Origin: an uncultured virus (IMG/VR IMGVR_UViG_3300025646_006603)
Taxonomy: Duplodnaviria > Heunggongvirae > Uroviricota > Caudoviricetes
IMG/VR virus record: IMGVR_UViG_3300025646_006603
DNA: 64,000 nt
Reading direction: 5' to 3' (one strand)
A program made the translations under genes and the position numbers. The first letter of the stretch is position 1; the number at the start of each line of letters is the position of its first letter. Positions 1-10,299 of the stretch are shown one piece after another. The notes under the pieces were generated by a model. That model did no database searches, was not told the origin of the DNA, and was given only the letters and a program-made list of their open reading frames with translations.

Positions 1-1
1 C

Positions 2-1915
2 ATAATTAAAATATGGCACTCTTTCTAATTCATTATTAGCAAGTTCATTTCCAGATAATAACCATCTTAATTTTTTATTAAAATCTTCATCGTTTGTTGG
101 AGCATAATTAGAAAAATATCCTCTATCACTTATATTACCTAAAACAGATAAATTAGCACCTGCTTGTTGAACCCCTGAATTTGGTGGTACATTATACGAT
201 TCACTACAATTACAATTTTCACAATCAGGATATGATATCATTGGTAAGTTAAATGTAGGCATTGCGATTGGTTGAAATAGTGGTGAGTCAAGACCGAACC
301 ATCTTAATACTGAAAATATCGCATTTAAAATGGATATTATAATAGTCATACTAAGAAAAACCGCATGTAAGACAATCAATAAAGGTATTGAGATTGCCCT
401 TATTATAAACATTATAACATCAAGTAGGAATATACCACCTGAATTTTGCTCACCGTCATTAACAGGAAACTTATTAGTACTATTTTTACATATTGAATCA
501 TCAATGTTTTTTATACCAATGTGTTTTTTATCACCAAAACCAAATTTAAATCGGTCAACATGTGATGAAATAGTATAAACTTTATTATAATGAAATTCAT
601 AAAAACGGTCTTCACAATTTATCGCCTCGTCAACCATAATTTTACCAACAGCAGATAAAGTTTGCGAATTAAATAATTTATCACCGTAGTCATTCCAATC
701 GAGTGAGAATGCATAAGAGGCATTTGTATCTATACCAGACCCATAATATTCTTTAATATTTGGTACTAAGTAATTAGCCCTTTGAACTTCATTTTGAAGA
801 CCTCCTTCGTTTTGCCATTTTATTTTAAAACGATATTTTGAACTTGTTGGAACACCAACAGATGGGTCATTAGATAATACTTGTTCACCAAATTCATTTG
901 TAACAACATAATCTAAATTCATTGGTAATTCAATTAACCAAGCACCGTCACTATCAATAACATTTCCACCATTTTCAAGTTTATATTCTTCAAGTACAGG
1001 TCTACCATCAGCATCAACACCAATTGTTTGTCTAATACTTAAGATTTGACCCGGTCCTGTTGTTAACTGACATAATCTACCATATTCATTTTTTAAACCA
1101 CAACCTTCTCTAATTGAATCTTCATCAGGAGTTGAAAAAAGAGAACCCATGAAAACCGCGTGTGGTTGAATTGAAATTCCGTAATCTCTTAAGTCAAAAT
1201 CAACTCTTGTGATTCCTATAGTACAAAGGTCTTCTTGCCCCCAAAATGATGCAACGTCAGCATCTTTAATACCATTAACAATTTGAGGTAGTGTAAATAA
1301 GTCAGTTGACGCTCTAAACTCCTGACCTGCCACTTGAGTTTCACTAGCAAGACCCATTCTAATTAAATCGGATGGTCTTAATGAGAAACAACCCATATCT
1401 GAAAGGTCAAGGTCCATTACTACTTTTTGCATTCCAAGAGGAACACCAATAATCATAAAGTCACCTGACTCGTTTGTTTTTACCGTATATTTGTAGTATT
1501 TTTCATATACCTCTAAAACTTCTTGTCTTGTTAAGATATCATCCTCAGTTGGGAATGTTCCTGTTGGTGTGTGTCCTTGATATGATTGTTCATAAGGCAA
1601 AAGATTATATCTATAACCATCTTCATTCTTTTGACCTAAATTTCTATATGGATATAATGTTGAAATTATTGGGTCATTTTCATCCACACTGTCTAAAGGT
1701 ACAAATACTGAAATTTTAGCATTTGGAATACCATACCCACCATTGGTAATAACTCTACCTACAACCACACCATAATCAGCACAGAATCTTGTATAGACAT
1801 CTTCCTGTCTTAATTTTAAAGACAGTATCTCTAAAAAATCAAAATCTTGATTTATCTCAACTCTAATATTTTTATCGACACCAGGTTGTGTTCTAATTCT
1901 ATACGACTTGGGCAT
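2..1915 (-). CDS. Large baseplate-associated/structural protein, partial (C-terminus runs off the window; absent from ORF track)
   Basis: Manual translation from ATG at 1915 (MPKSYRIRTQPGVDKNIRVEINQDFDFLEILSLK...YGVVVGRV...KTNESGDFMIIGVPLG) stays open to the window edge; follows the gp6-like gene; hydrophobic segment near 290-440. Confidence 0.8.
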   Translation of the reverse strand, partial: MPKSYRIRTQPGVDKNIRVEINQDFDFLEILSLKLRQEDVYTRFCADYGVVVGRVITNGGYGIPNAKISVFVPLDSVDENDPIISTLYPYRNLGQKNEDGYRYNLLPYEQSYQGHTPTGTFPTEDDILTRQEVLEVYEKYYKYTVKTNESGDFMIIGVPLGMQKVVMDLDLSDMGCFSLRPSDLIRMGLASETQVAGQEFRASTDLFTLPQIVNGIKDADVASFWGQEDLCTIGITRVDFDLRDYGISIQPHAVFMGSLFSTPDEDSIREGCGLKNEYGRLCQLTTGPGQILSIRQTIGVDADGRPVLEEYKLENGGNVIDSDGAWLIELPMNLDYVVTNEFGEQVLSNDPSVGVPTSSKYRFKIKWQNEGGLQNEVQRANYLVPNIKEYYGSGIDTNASYAFSLDWNDYGDKLFNSQTLSAVGKIMVDEAINCEDRFYEFHYNKVYTISSHVDRFKFGFGDKKHIGIKNIDDSICKNSTNKFPVNDGEQNSGGIFLLDVIMFIIRAISIPLLIVLHAVFLSMTIIISILNAIFSVLRWFGLDSPLFQPIAMPTFNLPMISYPDCENCNCSESYNVPPNSGVQQAGANLSVLGNISDRGYFSNYAPTNDEDFNKKLRWLLSGNELANNELERVPYFNY

Positions 1916-1929
1916 ATTTTACTTTTAAG

Positions 1930-1936
1930 ATAAATA
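1930..1936 (-). promoter_or_regulatory. TATTTAT motif, putative phage late promoter element
   Basis: Recurring motif just upstream of structural gene starts. Confidence 0.5.
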
Positions 1937-1987
1937 CTTATTTATCCATTTTTAAAAATAAAACTTGATTGGTGGATGTAAACTGTC

Positions 1988-3826
1988 TTATGAGAAAGAG
2001 ACAGATTTAAAATCTTTAACCCTAACTTTAATATCTTTATTAGGGAACCTTATTTGATAAATTTGATTTGGCTCAGCAAAGATAGTGTCATCAATAAGTT
2101 CTATCTGTTTAGTTGCAGCGTTTGAGTATCTTTGTGACGTTTGTGAAGATGAATATTCTCCACCAGTTTTATTAAAGATTGAAATATCTGAAAGTGATAT
2201 TACTCCTGATATATTTTGTATTATTCTTCTAATTTCAGATACGTTAACATTTTGACCCATTTCACGATTTAATGAACTCATATATTGTGATAACTGATTA
2301 ACTATTTCAGTAATAACCTGACCCTGATTTTGTGTTGAATCAAATACAACTGACAAGTCAAATTCTAAATCAATAACTTGTGCACTTCCTATTTCTACAT
2401 AATCATTAATCATTCTGTAGTTAGACAAGTATGTTGCGACATTATTTTTTAAAGTGTTCGATACAACTTGTGTTAATTGACCATTAGAATCATATGATAA
2501 CATTTGTACATAAATCTTATTGTTATTTTCAGTAACACTGACTTTAGCAGGTGCTCCAAATTTTCCTGGCATTAAACTTATTAATGATTGATAGTCATTT
2601 ACTGTAACAGCCCTCTTTTGTGCCGCGAAGTTAAAACCTACCATGTTTCTCACTTCCTCAGTTGTTGGTTGATTTGCCCCACCAACAGCCGCTGTAACGT
2701 TATTTACCGTAAGTGAATTTATAACTGTTTGGTTTATATTATCTGAAGGACCATTTACTGAGAAGTTAACTGTACCTAATTGGTTAATAGCATTAACACC
2801 AATATTTGATGCCGTACCTCCTCCAATTCTATATTGAATAAATAAAGTTGTGTTTGCTCTAACAGTTAAACCTAAACCTATATTATTTTGGTAATCTTGT
2901 ATTCTCATAGGAATACCTGTCTGAGCAAATTGAGCCAATTGTTGGTCAGGTGTAGTTGTACCACCACCAAACGTTAATTTTAAAAATCCCTCAGGAGTAT
3001 ATTCTGAAATAAATCTAGTATCTGTTTCTAACCATCGACCAACTTTAACTCCTGTTGAATCCGCAGGTTTTGTTGGGTCTTCGATAAACACTTTTGATTC
3101 GGCTAAAGCATCCACTTCGTACCATTTGTTTGGTGAACTAATAAATTCATTATATGTTGGTGTTGCTTGATAGTTTGTACCATCTTTCTGTATAACAGAT
3201 GTAATACCTAAAACATTTCTTTCAGGTAAAAAGATTTCGTAGAAAGGAATTACATCATTTGGATTAATAATTTGTTTAAAAACTTTAGTAATACCATTAA
3301 CTACCGTTTCTCTTTTAGTAATCGTGTAATTTATAAGTTTGTTATTAGCATCAAAGTTTGGAATTTTAATTCTATTAGGGAATCCGTTTTGGTTGTATTG
3401 TGATGCAAAGTCAATGTCATATACATTTTCAAATGTCTGACCCCCACCAACTACTTGAGAACCTGCTCTTAGGATACCCAAATATCTCGCATCTTCTTTA
3501 TCACCATAAGCAGGAACTGTAATAGAAAAATCAACCATAGCCACTGATGGTCTATATCCGGGAATCTTTAATCCATATGTTCTTGCAATGTTATATACAG
3601 ATGAACGTTGTTGAGCATATTGTAAAACCGTTTCTTGAATACTACGGTCCATGTGATAGTGTAAGTTATCACCAATGGCTGCGTTTAAATCTAAAAATAC
3701 AGAAAATACTGATGCATCATTAAAGTTATCAATGAGTTCAGGGTAATATTGTCTTGTATAATTTATTAGGTCTTGTCTTAAACCTTCAAAATCTCTTTCA
3801 GTATATGATATTCTATTATTTGCCAT
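1988..3826 (-). CDS. Baseplate wedge subunit, T4 gp6-like
   Basis: N-term SYTERDFEGLRQDL, A(Q)QRSSVYNIARTYG, and AQKRAVTVNDY motif typical of gp6/baseplate J family; adjacent to gp25-like gene. Confidence 0.85.
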   Translation of the reverse strand: MANNRISYTERDFEGLRQDLINYTRQYYPELIDNFNDASVFSVFLDLNAAIGDNLHYHMDRSIQETVLQYAQQRSSVYNIARTYGLKIPGYRPSVAMVDFSITVPAYGDKEDARYLGILRAGSQVVGGGQTFENVYDIDFASQYNQNGFPNRIKIPNFDANNKLINYTITKRETVVNGITKVFKQIINPNDVIPFYEIFLPERNVLGITSVIQKDGTNYQATPTYNEFISSPNKWYEVDALAESKVFIEDPTKPADSTGVKVGRWLETDTRFISEYTPEGFLKLTFGGGTTTPDQQLAQFAQTGIPMRIQDYQNNIGLGLTVRANTTLFIQYRIGGGTASNIGVNAINQLGTVNFSVNGPSDNINQTVINSLTVNNVTAAVGGANQPTTEEVRNMVGFNFAAQKRAVTVNDYQSLISLMPGKFGAPAKVSVTENNNKIYVQMLSYDSNGQLTQVVSNTLKNNVATYLSNYRMINDYVEIGSAQVIDLEFDLSVVFDSTQNQGQVITEIVNQLSQYMSSLNREMGQNVNVSEIRRIIQNISGVISLSDISIFNKTGGEYSSSQTSQRYSNAATKQIELIDDTIFAEPNQIYQIRFPNKDIKVRVKDFKSVSFS

Positions 3827-3831
3827 TACTA

Positions 3832-4293
3832 TTAAATATTGATAATTACGAAATCTCTGGTCTCAAATGCTTTATCGTCAACCGAATAATCTATTCTTAA
3901 TTTAGCGGTATATTCTTCCGTACCTTTTCCAGGTATTCTATAAACAGCACCACCTAATTTTTCATAATTTAATTCTCCTTGAGCATCTAAATCATCCAAG
4001 TATGGTGTTAATGTTATATCTTTGATTGTTAAGTTTGGAATATACTTATCAACCGCTTCTCTTATATCTGACTTTATTGCCTCAAATGTTGGTCCGTCCA
4101 TTGGTTCAAATATAAATTCATATATTCTAGTACCAAAGTCAGGTAAATAATACCTACTACCTTTTCTAGTTAATATTAAATGCAAAAGGTCAGTTCTTAT
4201 CTCTTCAACACTACTCTGTGAAAGTGATAAGTACTTACCCTGTAAACTATCTCTAAAAGGGAAGTTTATACCATATGTAAAACCATCTGCCAT
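3832..4293 (-). CDS. Baseplate wedge subunit/sheath initiator, T4 gp25 (GPW/gp25) family
   Basis: GINFPF...LILTRKGSRYYLPDFGT...FEP motif. Confidence 0.9.
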   Translation of the reverse strand: MADGFTYGINFPFRDSLQGKYLSLSQSSVEEIRTDLLHLILTRKGSRYYLPDFGTRIYEFIFEPMDGPTFEAIKSDIREAVDKYIPNLTIKDITLTPYLDDLDAQGELNYEKLGGAVYRIPGKGTEEYTAKLRIDYSVDDKAFETRDFVIINI

Positions 4294-4324
4294 TACTCAT
4301 AAATATATTACTACAATAAATTAT

Positions 4325-4351
4325 AAAAAAAAGAGGACCGAAGTCCTCTTT
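4325..4351 (-). terminator. Intrinsic terminator with cUUCGg tetraloop after nrdA
   Basis: Minus strand AAAGAGGAC-TTCG-GTCCTCTTTTTTTT. Confidence 0.85.
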
Positions 4352-4378
4352 ATTTCAATAAAATGTTATTTTTAACAA

Positions 4379-6085
4379 TTATCCTTCACAAGCCACACAC
4401 TGAAGGTCGTTCAAGTTTAACTTTTTTCTAGCAAATGCTTGAGCCGAATTCATTGAGTGTTGATAATATAATGTCTTAACACCTAATTGCCATGCTTCTA
4501 TAAGAAGTTTGTTAACATCCTTAGTTGGCATGTCAGGTGAAATCATAAGGTTTAATGATTGAGCTTGGTCAATATAATCCTGTCTGATTGCCGCTTGGTT
4601 AATAATTGAAGCTTGGTTAACCTCAGCAAATGTTCTAAATACCTCTTTTTGTTCGTCCGTTAAGAAATCCAAATGTTGTACTGAACCGTCATGTTTCTTA
4701 ATACTATCCCAAGTTGTTTTGTTATCTTTCTTCAATTCACTCAACAACTTCTTTAATACCGGATTCTTAATTGTAACTTTTAACTTAGCCACGTCTTTAA
4801 CATAACAGTTAGACCAAATTGGTTCGATAGATTGTGAAACCTGACCCAAAATAAATGCTGAAGATGTTGTAGGAGCAATAGCATTCAAAGTAACATTTCG
4901 TCTACCATAACCAACAAGCGTTTCTGGTTCACCAAAAATTTTAGCCAACTCAGCTGATGCTTTGTATGATTTATCTTTAATCAATTTAAATACCTCAACA
5001 TTTAATCTTGCAGTATCTCTACTATCAAATGGTAATCCTTTTGATTGAAGAAGTGAGTGCCATCCCAAAACACCTAAACCTAATGCTCTTTGTCTAACTG
5101 CGAAGTTGTATGATTTTTCTAAATAGAAAAATGCTCTTTTACCTTCGATTGTTCCGTTATCACGGATGTCTTCAATCTTTGTGATAAATTCACTTACAAC
5201 CGCGTCTAAGAAATAAACCATAAGTTCAACCGCGTCAGTGTCTTTCCACTCATCATAGTGAAGTAAATTCATAGATGAAAGTACACAAACAAATGACTCC
5301 TCTTCAGAGTTGTGAAGTGCTATTTCAGAACAAAGATTTGAGTTATAAATTTTCATATCTTTATCACGATACACTTCAGGTGCTTTTTTATTCATTGTGT
5401 CGGTAAACATGATATATGGATATCCAATCTCACCTCTACGTTGAATCACTTTAGCCCATATTGCTCTCTTTTCTTTATCACCCTCAATCATTTCATTCAT
5501 GAACTCGTCAGTTACAGTAACTGCGTGAGTCAAATCTTGAATAGGTGCACCTTCAGTACCAATTTCCAAAAACTCCATAATATCAGGATGTTCTACGGGA
5601 AGGTAAGGTGAAAATCTACCTCTACGTGTAGACCCTTGTGAAATATTGTCAACAACACTTTGGAACAAGTTCATAAAGTGTACCGAACCGGGAGCGTGTC
5701 CATTGTCTGTGATAGTCGCACCTCTACCTCTAATGTTTCCAAAGAAACCTGAGGTACCACCACCCATTTTACTCATCTCACCTACTTCAGCTTGAGTATA
5801 CAAAATTGATTCAATGTTGTCTCCAATGTTAGAACCAAAACAACTCACAGGTAAACCTCTCTTTTTACCAAAATTAGCCCATACAGGTGATGACAGTGAA
5901 TACCATCCTCTACCCATATAGTCATAAAACTTATCAGCAAAACCTTCCATACCTAACAATTTTTCAGCATGTTCTGCTATAGTTTTAATTCTATCTAGTG
6001 GTTCTTCTCCTTCACTCAAATATCCTCTACGAAGGAACGTAATTGACTCTTCATTAATCCAATCAAAAGCTTCTCTATTATTCAT
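4379..6085 (-). CDS. nrdA: Ribonucleotide reductase class I alpha subunit, no N-terminal ATP-cone
   Basis: PVSCF, SNLCSEI, VCVLSS, IAPTTSS, KTLYY and C-terminal CVACEG motifs; short (568 aa). Confidence 0.95.
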   Translation of the reverse strand: MNNREAFDWINEESITFLRRGYLSEGEEPLDRIKTIAEHAEKLLGMEGFADKFYDYMGRGWYSLSSPVWANFGKKRGLPVSCFGSNIGDNIESILYTQAEVGEMSKMGGGTSGFFGNIRGRGATITDNGHAPGSVHFMNLFQSVVDNISQGSTRRGRFSPYLPVEHPDIMEFLEIGTEGAPIQDLTHAVTVTDEFMNEMIEGDKEKRAIWAKVIQRRGEIGYPYIMFTDTMNKKAPEVYRDKDMKIYNSNLCSEIALHNSEEESFVCVLSSMNLLHYDEWKDTDAVELMVYFLDAVVSEFITKIEDIRDNGTIEGKRAFFYLEKSYNFAVRQRALGLGVLGWHSLLQSKGLPFDSRDTARLNVEVFKLIKDKSYKASAELAKIFGEPETLVGYGRRNVTLNAIAPTTSSAFILGQVSQSIEPIWSNCYVKDVAKLKVTIKNPVLKKLLSELKKDNKTTWDSIKKHDGSVQHLDFLTDEQKEVFRTFAEVNQASIINQAAIRQDYIDQAQSLNLMISPDMPTKDVNKLLIEAWQLGVKTLYYQHSMNSAQAFARKKLNLNDLQCVACEG

Positions 6086-6110
6086 ATTAATTTAATTATA
6101 TTATTTTTTT

Positions 6111-7391
6111 TTAAAACAAATCATTCATTGTGATTGACTTACTCTTCTTACTGTAATTGATACTTCTCTTATTGAAGAAATCTGTGTGTTTTGTTGTTAA
6201 GATTTCATCGTCAAACCATTCTGTTGTTTCCAATAATTTTTGGTCAACGTGGAAAATGTTATCAATTCCAATAGAGTTTAAAGATACATTAAAACGGTGT
6301 TTAATAAACTCTAAAGTTTGAGCTTTAGTCAAAAATTCAAGGTCACCTTCTTCAAAAATCCAATCGATAATATCTGACTCAGCACTAAACGCTTCCATAG
6401 TTGCATCAATCAAATCTTCAACTAATTCAGGTGTCCACCATGTTGGGTTTTCTTTCTTAATAAGGTTAACCAAATCAAACCCGAACTCAGCGTGAATGTT
6501 CTCTTCTTTTGAAGTTGCTTCAACTGCGTTACTCATACCTTTCAACATATTCTTATGTTTATTGAATGACATAATAACCAAAAACTGAGAGAACAAAGAT
6601 ACGTTCTCAACAAACATAGAGAACAATACTACTGACTCAAAATACTCACGATTTTCAACTGACTTTGAACTAACTAAAGATTTCTCTAAATATTTAATTC
6701 TTCTTCTGACGGCAGGGACCTGAAGTAAACTTTCAAACTCACTATTCAAACCAAGTACTTGAATTAGGTTAGAATAAGCATCTGCGTGTCTAACTTCTGA
6801 CTCTGCGAAAGTAGCACCAACATTTCCAATTTCAGGTTTTGGCATTCTCTTGTAAATGTCACCCCAAAATGTTTTAACAGCTATTTCAATTTGTGAAATA
6901 GCCAACATTGCTCGTTGTACTGCAGTTCTTTCAGCATCACTCAAGTGTACTTTAAAATCTTGAATGTCTGATGTGAAATTAAACTCGGTATGAACCCAAT
7001 AAGAATGTCGAATTGCGTCAACATATTCAACTAACTCAGGGTACTCATAAGGTTTTAGGTTTACTCTCTTTGAGAAGATATTTGGTGTGTGTGTTGAACG
7101 ATAGATGATGTACTCTCTTGCAACATCATTAAGTCCATTATCCATTAACTTGTTCTCAACCGTTTCGTGAATTTCATCCACATGAGGTACACGGTCTTTA
7201 TCATCTCTAAATAAACTTTTTCTTGTTAATCTTGCGATTTTTTCAGCCATTTCTTCATCAACCATATTGATGCTTTTCATAGCTTTTACAACCGCGCTTT
7301 TTATTTTTTCTTCTTGAAATAAAACTTTTTCTCCTCGTCTTTTAATCACAAAACGAGCGTCTTTTTCTTCTATAATGTTTAAATTATCCAT
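6111..7391 (-). CDS. nrdB: Ribonucleotide reductase class I beta subunit with N-terminal ATP-cone (NrdBi/class Id-like)
   Basis: N-term VIKRRG...F...KI...VENKLM...VAREYIIYR ATP-cone; ferritin-like ligands SQIEIAVK, ESEVRHADAY, ENVSLFSQF, EENIH; C-term DFF...NY. Confidence 0.93.
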   Translation of the reverse strand: MDNLNIIEEKDARFVIKRRGEKVLFQEEKIKSAVVKAMKSINMVDEEMAEKIARLTRKSLFRDDKDRVPHVDEIHETVENKLMDNGLNDVAREYIIYRSTHTPNIFSKRVNLKPYEYPELVEYVDAIRHSYWVHTEFNFTSDIQDFKVHLSDAERTAVQRAMLAISQIEIAVKTFWGDIYKRMPKPEIGNVGATFAESEVRHADAYSNLIQVLGLNSEFESLLQVPAVRRRIKYLEKSLVSSKSVENREYFESVVLFSMFVENVSLFSQFLVIMSFNKHKNMLKGMSNAVEATSKEENIHAEFGFDLVNLIKKENPTWWTPELVEDLIDATMEAFSAESDIIDWIFEEGDLEFLTKAQTLEFIKHRFNVSLNSIGIDNIFHVDQKLLETTEWFDDEILTTKHTDFFNKRSINYSKKSKSITMNDLF

Positions 7392-7406
7392 ATTCTTAAT
7401 TTTATT

Positions 7407-8783
7407 TTAAATTTGATTTTCTTGTTTTCGTTTGTCAAGTAATTGCTTGATTCTCAAACGATTCTTTTCTTCCTTCTGTTCTTCTAATCCCAAGAACGTA
7501 ACACTTTGTTCAGTATCAATTTCAAGTAGTTCATTGTCGAATTTACAGTTTTCGAATACAATACCATCTTTACCGATACGTGACTTTGTTATCGCAATTG
7601 TAGCCAAATTCATTTCTTTTTGTTGTAATGACTTAGCAACAGAAATAATAACGTGTCCAACTTGTGCTTTCTTGATTGAACCACCCATTTGGTCGGTAGT
7701 AACAACATCTGAAGAAATTGAAGAACGGTTACCTTGAGTTGCGGTCCATCCAGCTAGGTCTAATTCATGACACATAGCTTCAAATCCTCTCATAACCGAA
7801 CCTTCACTTTTCCACTCATCACCCAAATTCTTATCGGGCATAATACAATCAATATAATCCAATACAACCATATCAATTTTGTTTCCTTCAGCAATCATCT
7901 TACGAATTTGGTTCTTAACCTGATTCATAGTCAACGTATCAGAAGGTAACTTTTTCAATGTTAATTTGTTTGGAGTATCATTTTGTATTTGTTTTACTCT
8001 TTCCATAACCTGTTCTTTGTGTAAAGACAAGTTGTCAGGAGAAATACCCGTCCACAACGTGAAGTGTTTTCTTTGAATGATTTTAGGATTGTCCTCAAAA
8101 AATATCTGAAGAACGTTATATCCCAAGTTAAAACCGTGATTTGCAATCTTAGTTAGAACTGTGGTTTTACCAACACCAGTAGGTGCCAATATTACCCCAA
8201 TTTCACCTTTTGCTAAACCACCCTTTAAACAGTTGTCGATACCTGGAATACCAATGGGTATTGGATGTCTAAAATCGTCTTGAAGTACTTGGTCTAAGTT
8301 TGAAAACACGTCATCCGCACCTTGATTCAATTCACCTACTTGGAGAGCATCTCTTACCATTTCCTCCAATTTGTCATAACTCTCAAAATCACCTTTATCG
8401 ATAATCTTTTGAGCTTTAGTCATAACTTTCTGTAACTCTTGTTGTTTACAGAACTTTAATGACTTTTCTTGAACAAACTGATGTCCTTGAAATGGAGCTT
8501 CTTTTACCTGTGAAACCATATCCAAGACCATTTTTTGGGCCATGGCTGATGTAATTTCACTTTTTGTTAATTGTTCTAAGGTTTCAAATGTTGGAGCGTG
8601 TTCATACTTTACATAGTACTCCTTAATCATTTGCATAATCAAACGAAAATATTGATTATCAAAGTATTTTGGGTCCAATACATCTACTATTGAATTTGCG
8701 AATTCTTTATATAAAATAATGTTGTTTAAAAGTTGTATTTGAAATGTATTTCCTAGGTAACCAAAATTCTTTTCGTCTGACAT
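7407..8783 (-). CDS. Replicative DNA helicase, DnaB/T4 gp41-like
   Basis: Walker A APTGVGKTT, Walker B VVLDYIDC, WTATQGNR, KSRIG. Confidence 0.9.
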   Translation of the reverse strand: MSDEKNFGYLGNTFQIQLLNNIILYKEFANSIVDVLDPKYFDNQYFRLIMQMIKEYYVKYEHAPTFETLEQLTKSEITSAMAQKMVLDMVSQVKEAPFQGHQFVQEKSLKFCKQQELQKVMTKAQKIIDKGDFESYDKLEEMVRDALQVGELNQGADDVFSNLDQVLQDDFRHPIPIGIPGIDNCLKGGLAKGEIGVILAPTGVGKTTVLTKIANHGFNLGYNVLQIFFEDNPKIIQRKHFTLWTGISPDNLSLHKEQVMERVKQIQNDTPNKLTLKKLPSDTLTMNQVKNQIRKMIAEGNKIDMVVLDYIDCIMPDKNLGDEWKSEGSVMRGFEAMCHELDLAGWTATQGNRSSISSDVVTTDQMGGSIKKAQVGHVIISVAKSLQQKEMNLATIAITKSRIGKDGIVFENCKFDNELLEIDTEQSVTFLGLEEQKEEKNRLRIKQLLDKRKQENQI

Positions 8784-8824
8784 AATCTATCTAAAATTTA
8801 ATGTGTGAGTTTTAATAAATATGG

Positions 8825-9277
8825 TTAAATCAACGAATAACCCATGTAGTTGTGTGTTAAATTTTCAGTTGCAAAAATGTCAGTCAACACACGAAGAATG
8901 TTTTTTAGTCGTGGGCGTATGTCTACGGTATATCTTACCTTCGGAGGGTATGGTTTAGCATCCCAACCTGACTGACAAATTGTCTCATCTCCAATCTTAA
9001 TTGTCATATAAAAACTTTCAGGACCATCAGTATTTGAGGTTTCCAAGATAGTTTCATCGACCAAAATTTGTTCATAATTTTCCAACAAATAGTAACAAGA
9101 TTTGTTTGTCAAATCTTTCTTAATGTCTTCAATTATATCATGAACGGTTTCAATCATTTCCAAACTTTTACGTGCGTTTGGATTGTAACCTCTAACGTTA
9201 AAATAACGTTGTACAACGATGTTCTCATTTAATGTCAATAAGAACTCAAGCTTAATCAAATCATTTTGCTCTTTCAT
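8825..9277 (-). CDS. Hypothetical protein in replication block
   Basis: 150-aa ORF tightly packed and co-oriented between exonuclease and helicase. Confidence 0.75.
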   Translation of the reverse strand: MKEQNDLIKLEFLLTLNENIVVQRYFNVRGYNPNARKSLEMIETVHDIIEDIKKDLTNKSCYYLLENYEQILVDETILETSNTDGPESFYMTIKIGDETICQSGWDAKPYPPKVRYTVDIRPRLKNILRVLTDIFATENLTHNYMGYSLI

Positions 9278-9281
9278 AATT

Positions 9282-10289
9282 TTATTTTTTGTTATTAAAT
9301 CTTCTTTTTTCTTTTCTTGTAAGTTTCATAAAGGGTTGTAGGAATTCAACCCAAGCATTGTCTTTTTTTGGTAGATATTTGAAAAGTCCATCTTCCATCA
9401 TGTACTTTATTAGGTTTTTGTACCCCCTACCTTCAGGGTCCAATTCTTCTCGGTAATATAAATCTATTTCCTCTTTTCCATCTTCACTTATTAAAGGGTT
9501 AGACAAATCTACAATCTTTTTGTTAGTATCTAAAATTTCTTTTCCGAATACTCCATTTTTCGTTACACCATCTATAAGATTACGTAATGTTTTGTTTTTA
9601 CTATCTTCTTCAATTAATACTTTAGCACGGGTTAAAATATCATCAACAGAAACGGGAGTGTCAACTATCTCAGGAAAAAATTTCAAAACAGTTTTCTCCC
9701 CCAATCTCAATACACCATCAATGTTGTCTGACTTATCACCAATTAAGGTTTTAAGTGTGACAACATTTTCAGGAATAATTTCAATGGAGTCAAATTTAAT
9801 TCGGTCCCCATTTTTAATGTATTGTCTTTTAAGGGGAGAATAAATTTGAACCTTATCAGATATTAACTGTGTAAGGTCTTTGTCTGAAGAAAAAATGGTT
9901 TTGTTTTCATCGGGTGAGATACTACAATAGTAAGAAATACTATCATCTGATTCACATCCATCAAGTATTACTTGACGAATGAACATTTCTTCCAAATACA
10001 GACGCACACGTGACTTCTGGTGATAGAACGACTGTTTCTTAATCTCGTTCATCGTCTCACGTCTGTTCTGTTTGTATTGGGGATATAAAGCTCGTCTTTG
10101 GGTGGCATTATTATTACCATCCCAAAAGACGATTACTTTATCGTAATTGTGTTCTTCTAAGAACTTTTTTAGAACGTTGATAAAGTGGTAAATTCCGCCA
10201 ATATGGTTTCCATCGTGATAGTAATCTCTAACTCCGTGAAATCCAATCTTGAAAAGGTTATCCCCATCAACTAATAGTGTCTTTACCAC
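9282..10289 (-). CDS. 5'-3' exonuclease/flap endonuclease (T4 RNase H/PolI N-terminal-like)
   Basis: LLVDGDNL, VFWDG, R...YPQYKQNR, ESDD, SSDKDLTQL, GDKSDNIDGV..GEKT. Confidence 0.92.
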   Translation of the reverse strand: MVKTLLVDGDNLFKIGFHGVRDYYHDGNHIGGIYHFINVLKKFLEEHNYDKVIVFWDGNNNATQRRALYPQYKQNRRETMNEIKKQSFYHQKSRVRLYLEEMFIRQVILDGCESDDSISYYCSISPDENKTIFSSDKDLTQLISDKVQIYSPLKRQYIKNGDRIKFDSIEIIPENVVTLKTLIGDKSDNIDGVLRLGEKTVLKFFPEIVDTPVSVDDILTRAKVLIEEDSKNKTLRNLIDGVTKNGVFGKEILDTNKKIVDLSNPLISEDGKEEIDLYYREELDPEGRGYKNLIKYMMEDGLFKYLPKKDNAWVEFLQPFMKLTRKEKRRFNNKK

Positions 10290-10299
10290 AATTTATTTT

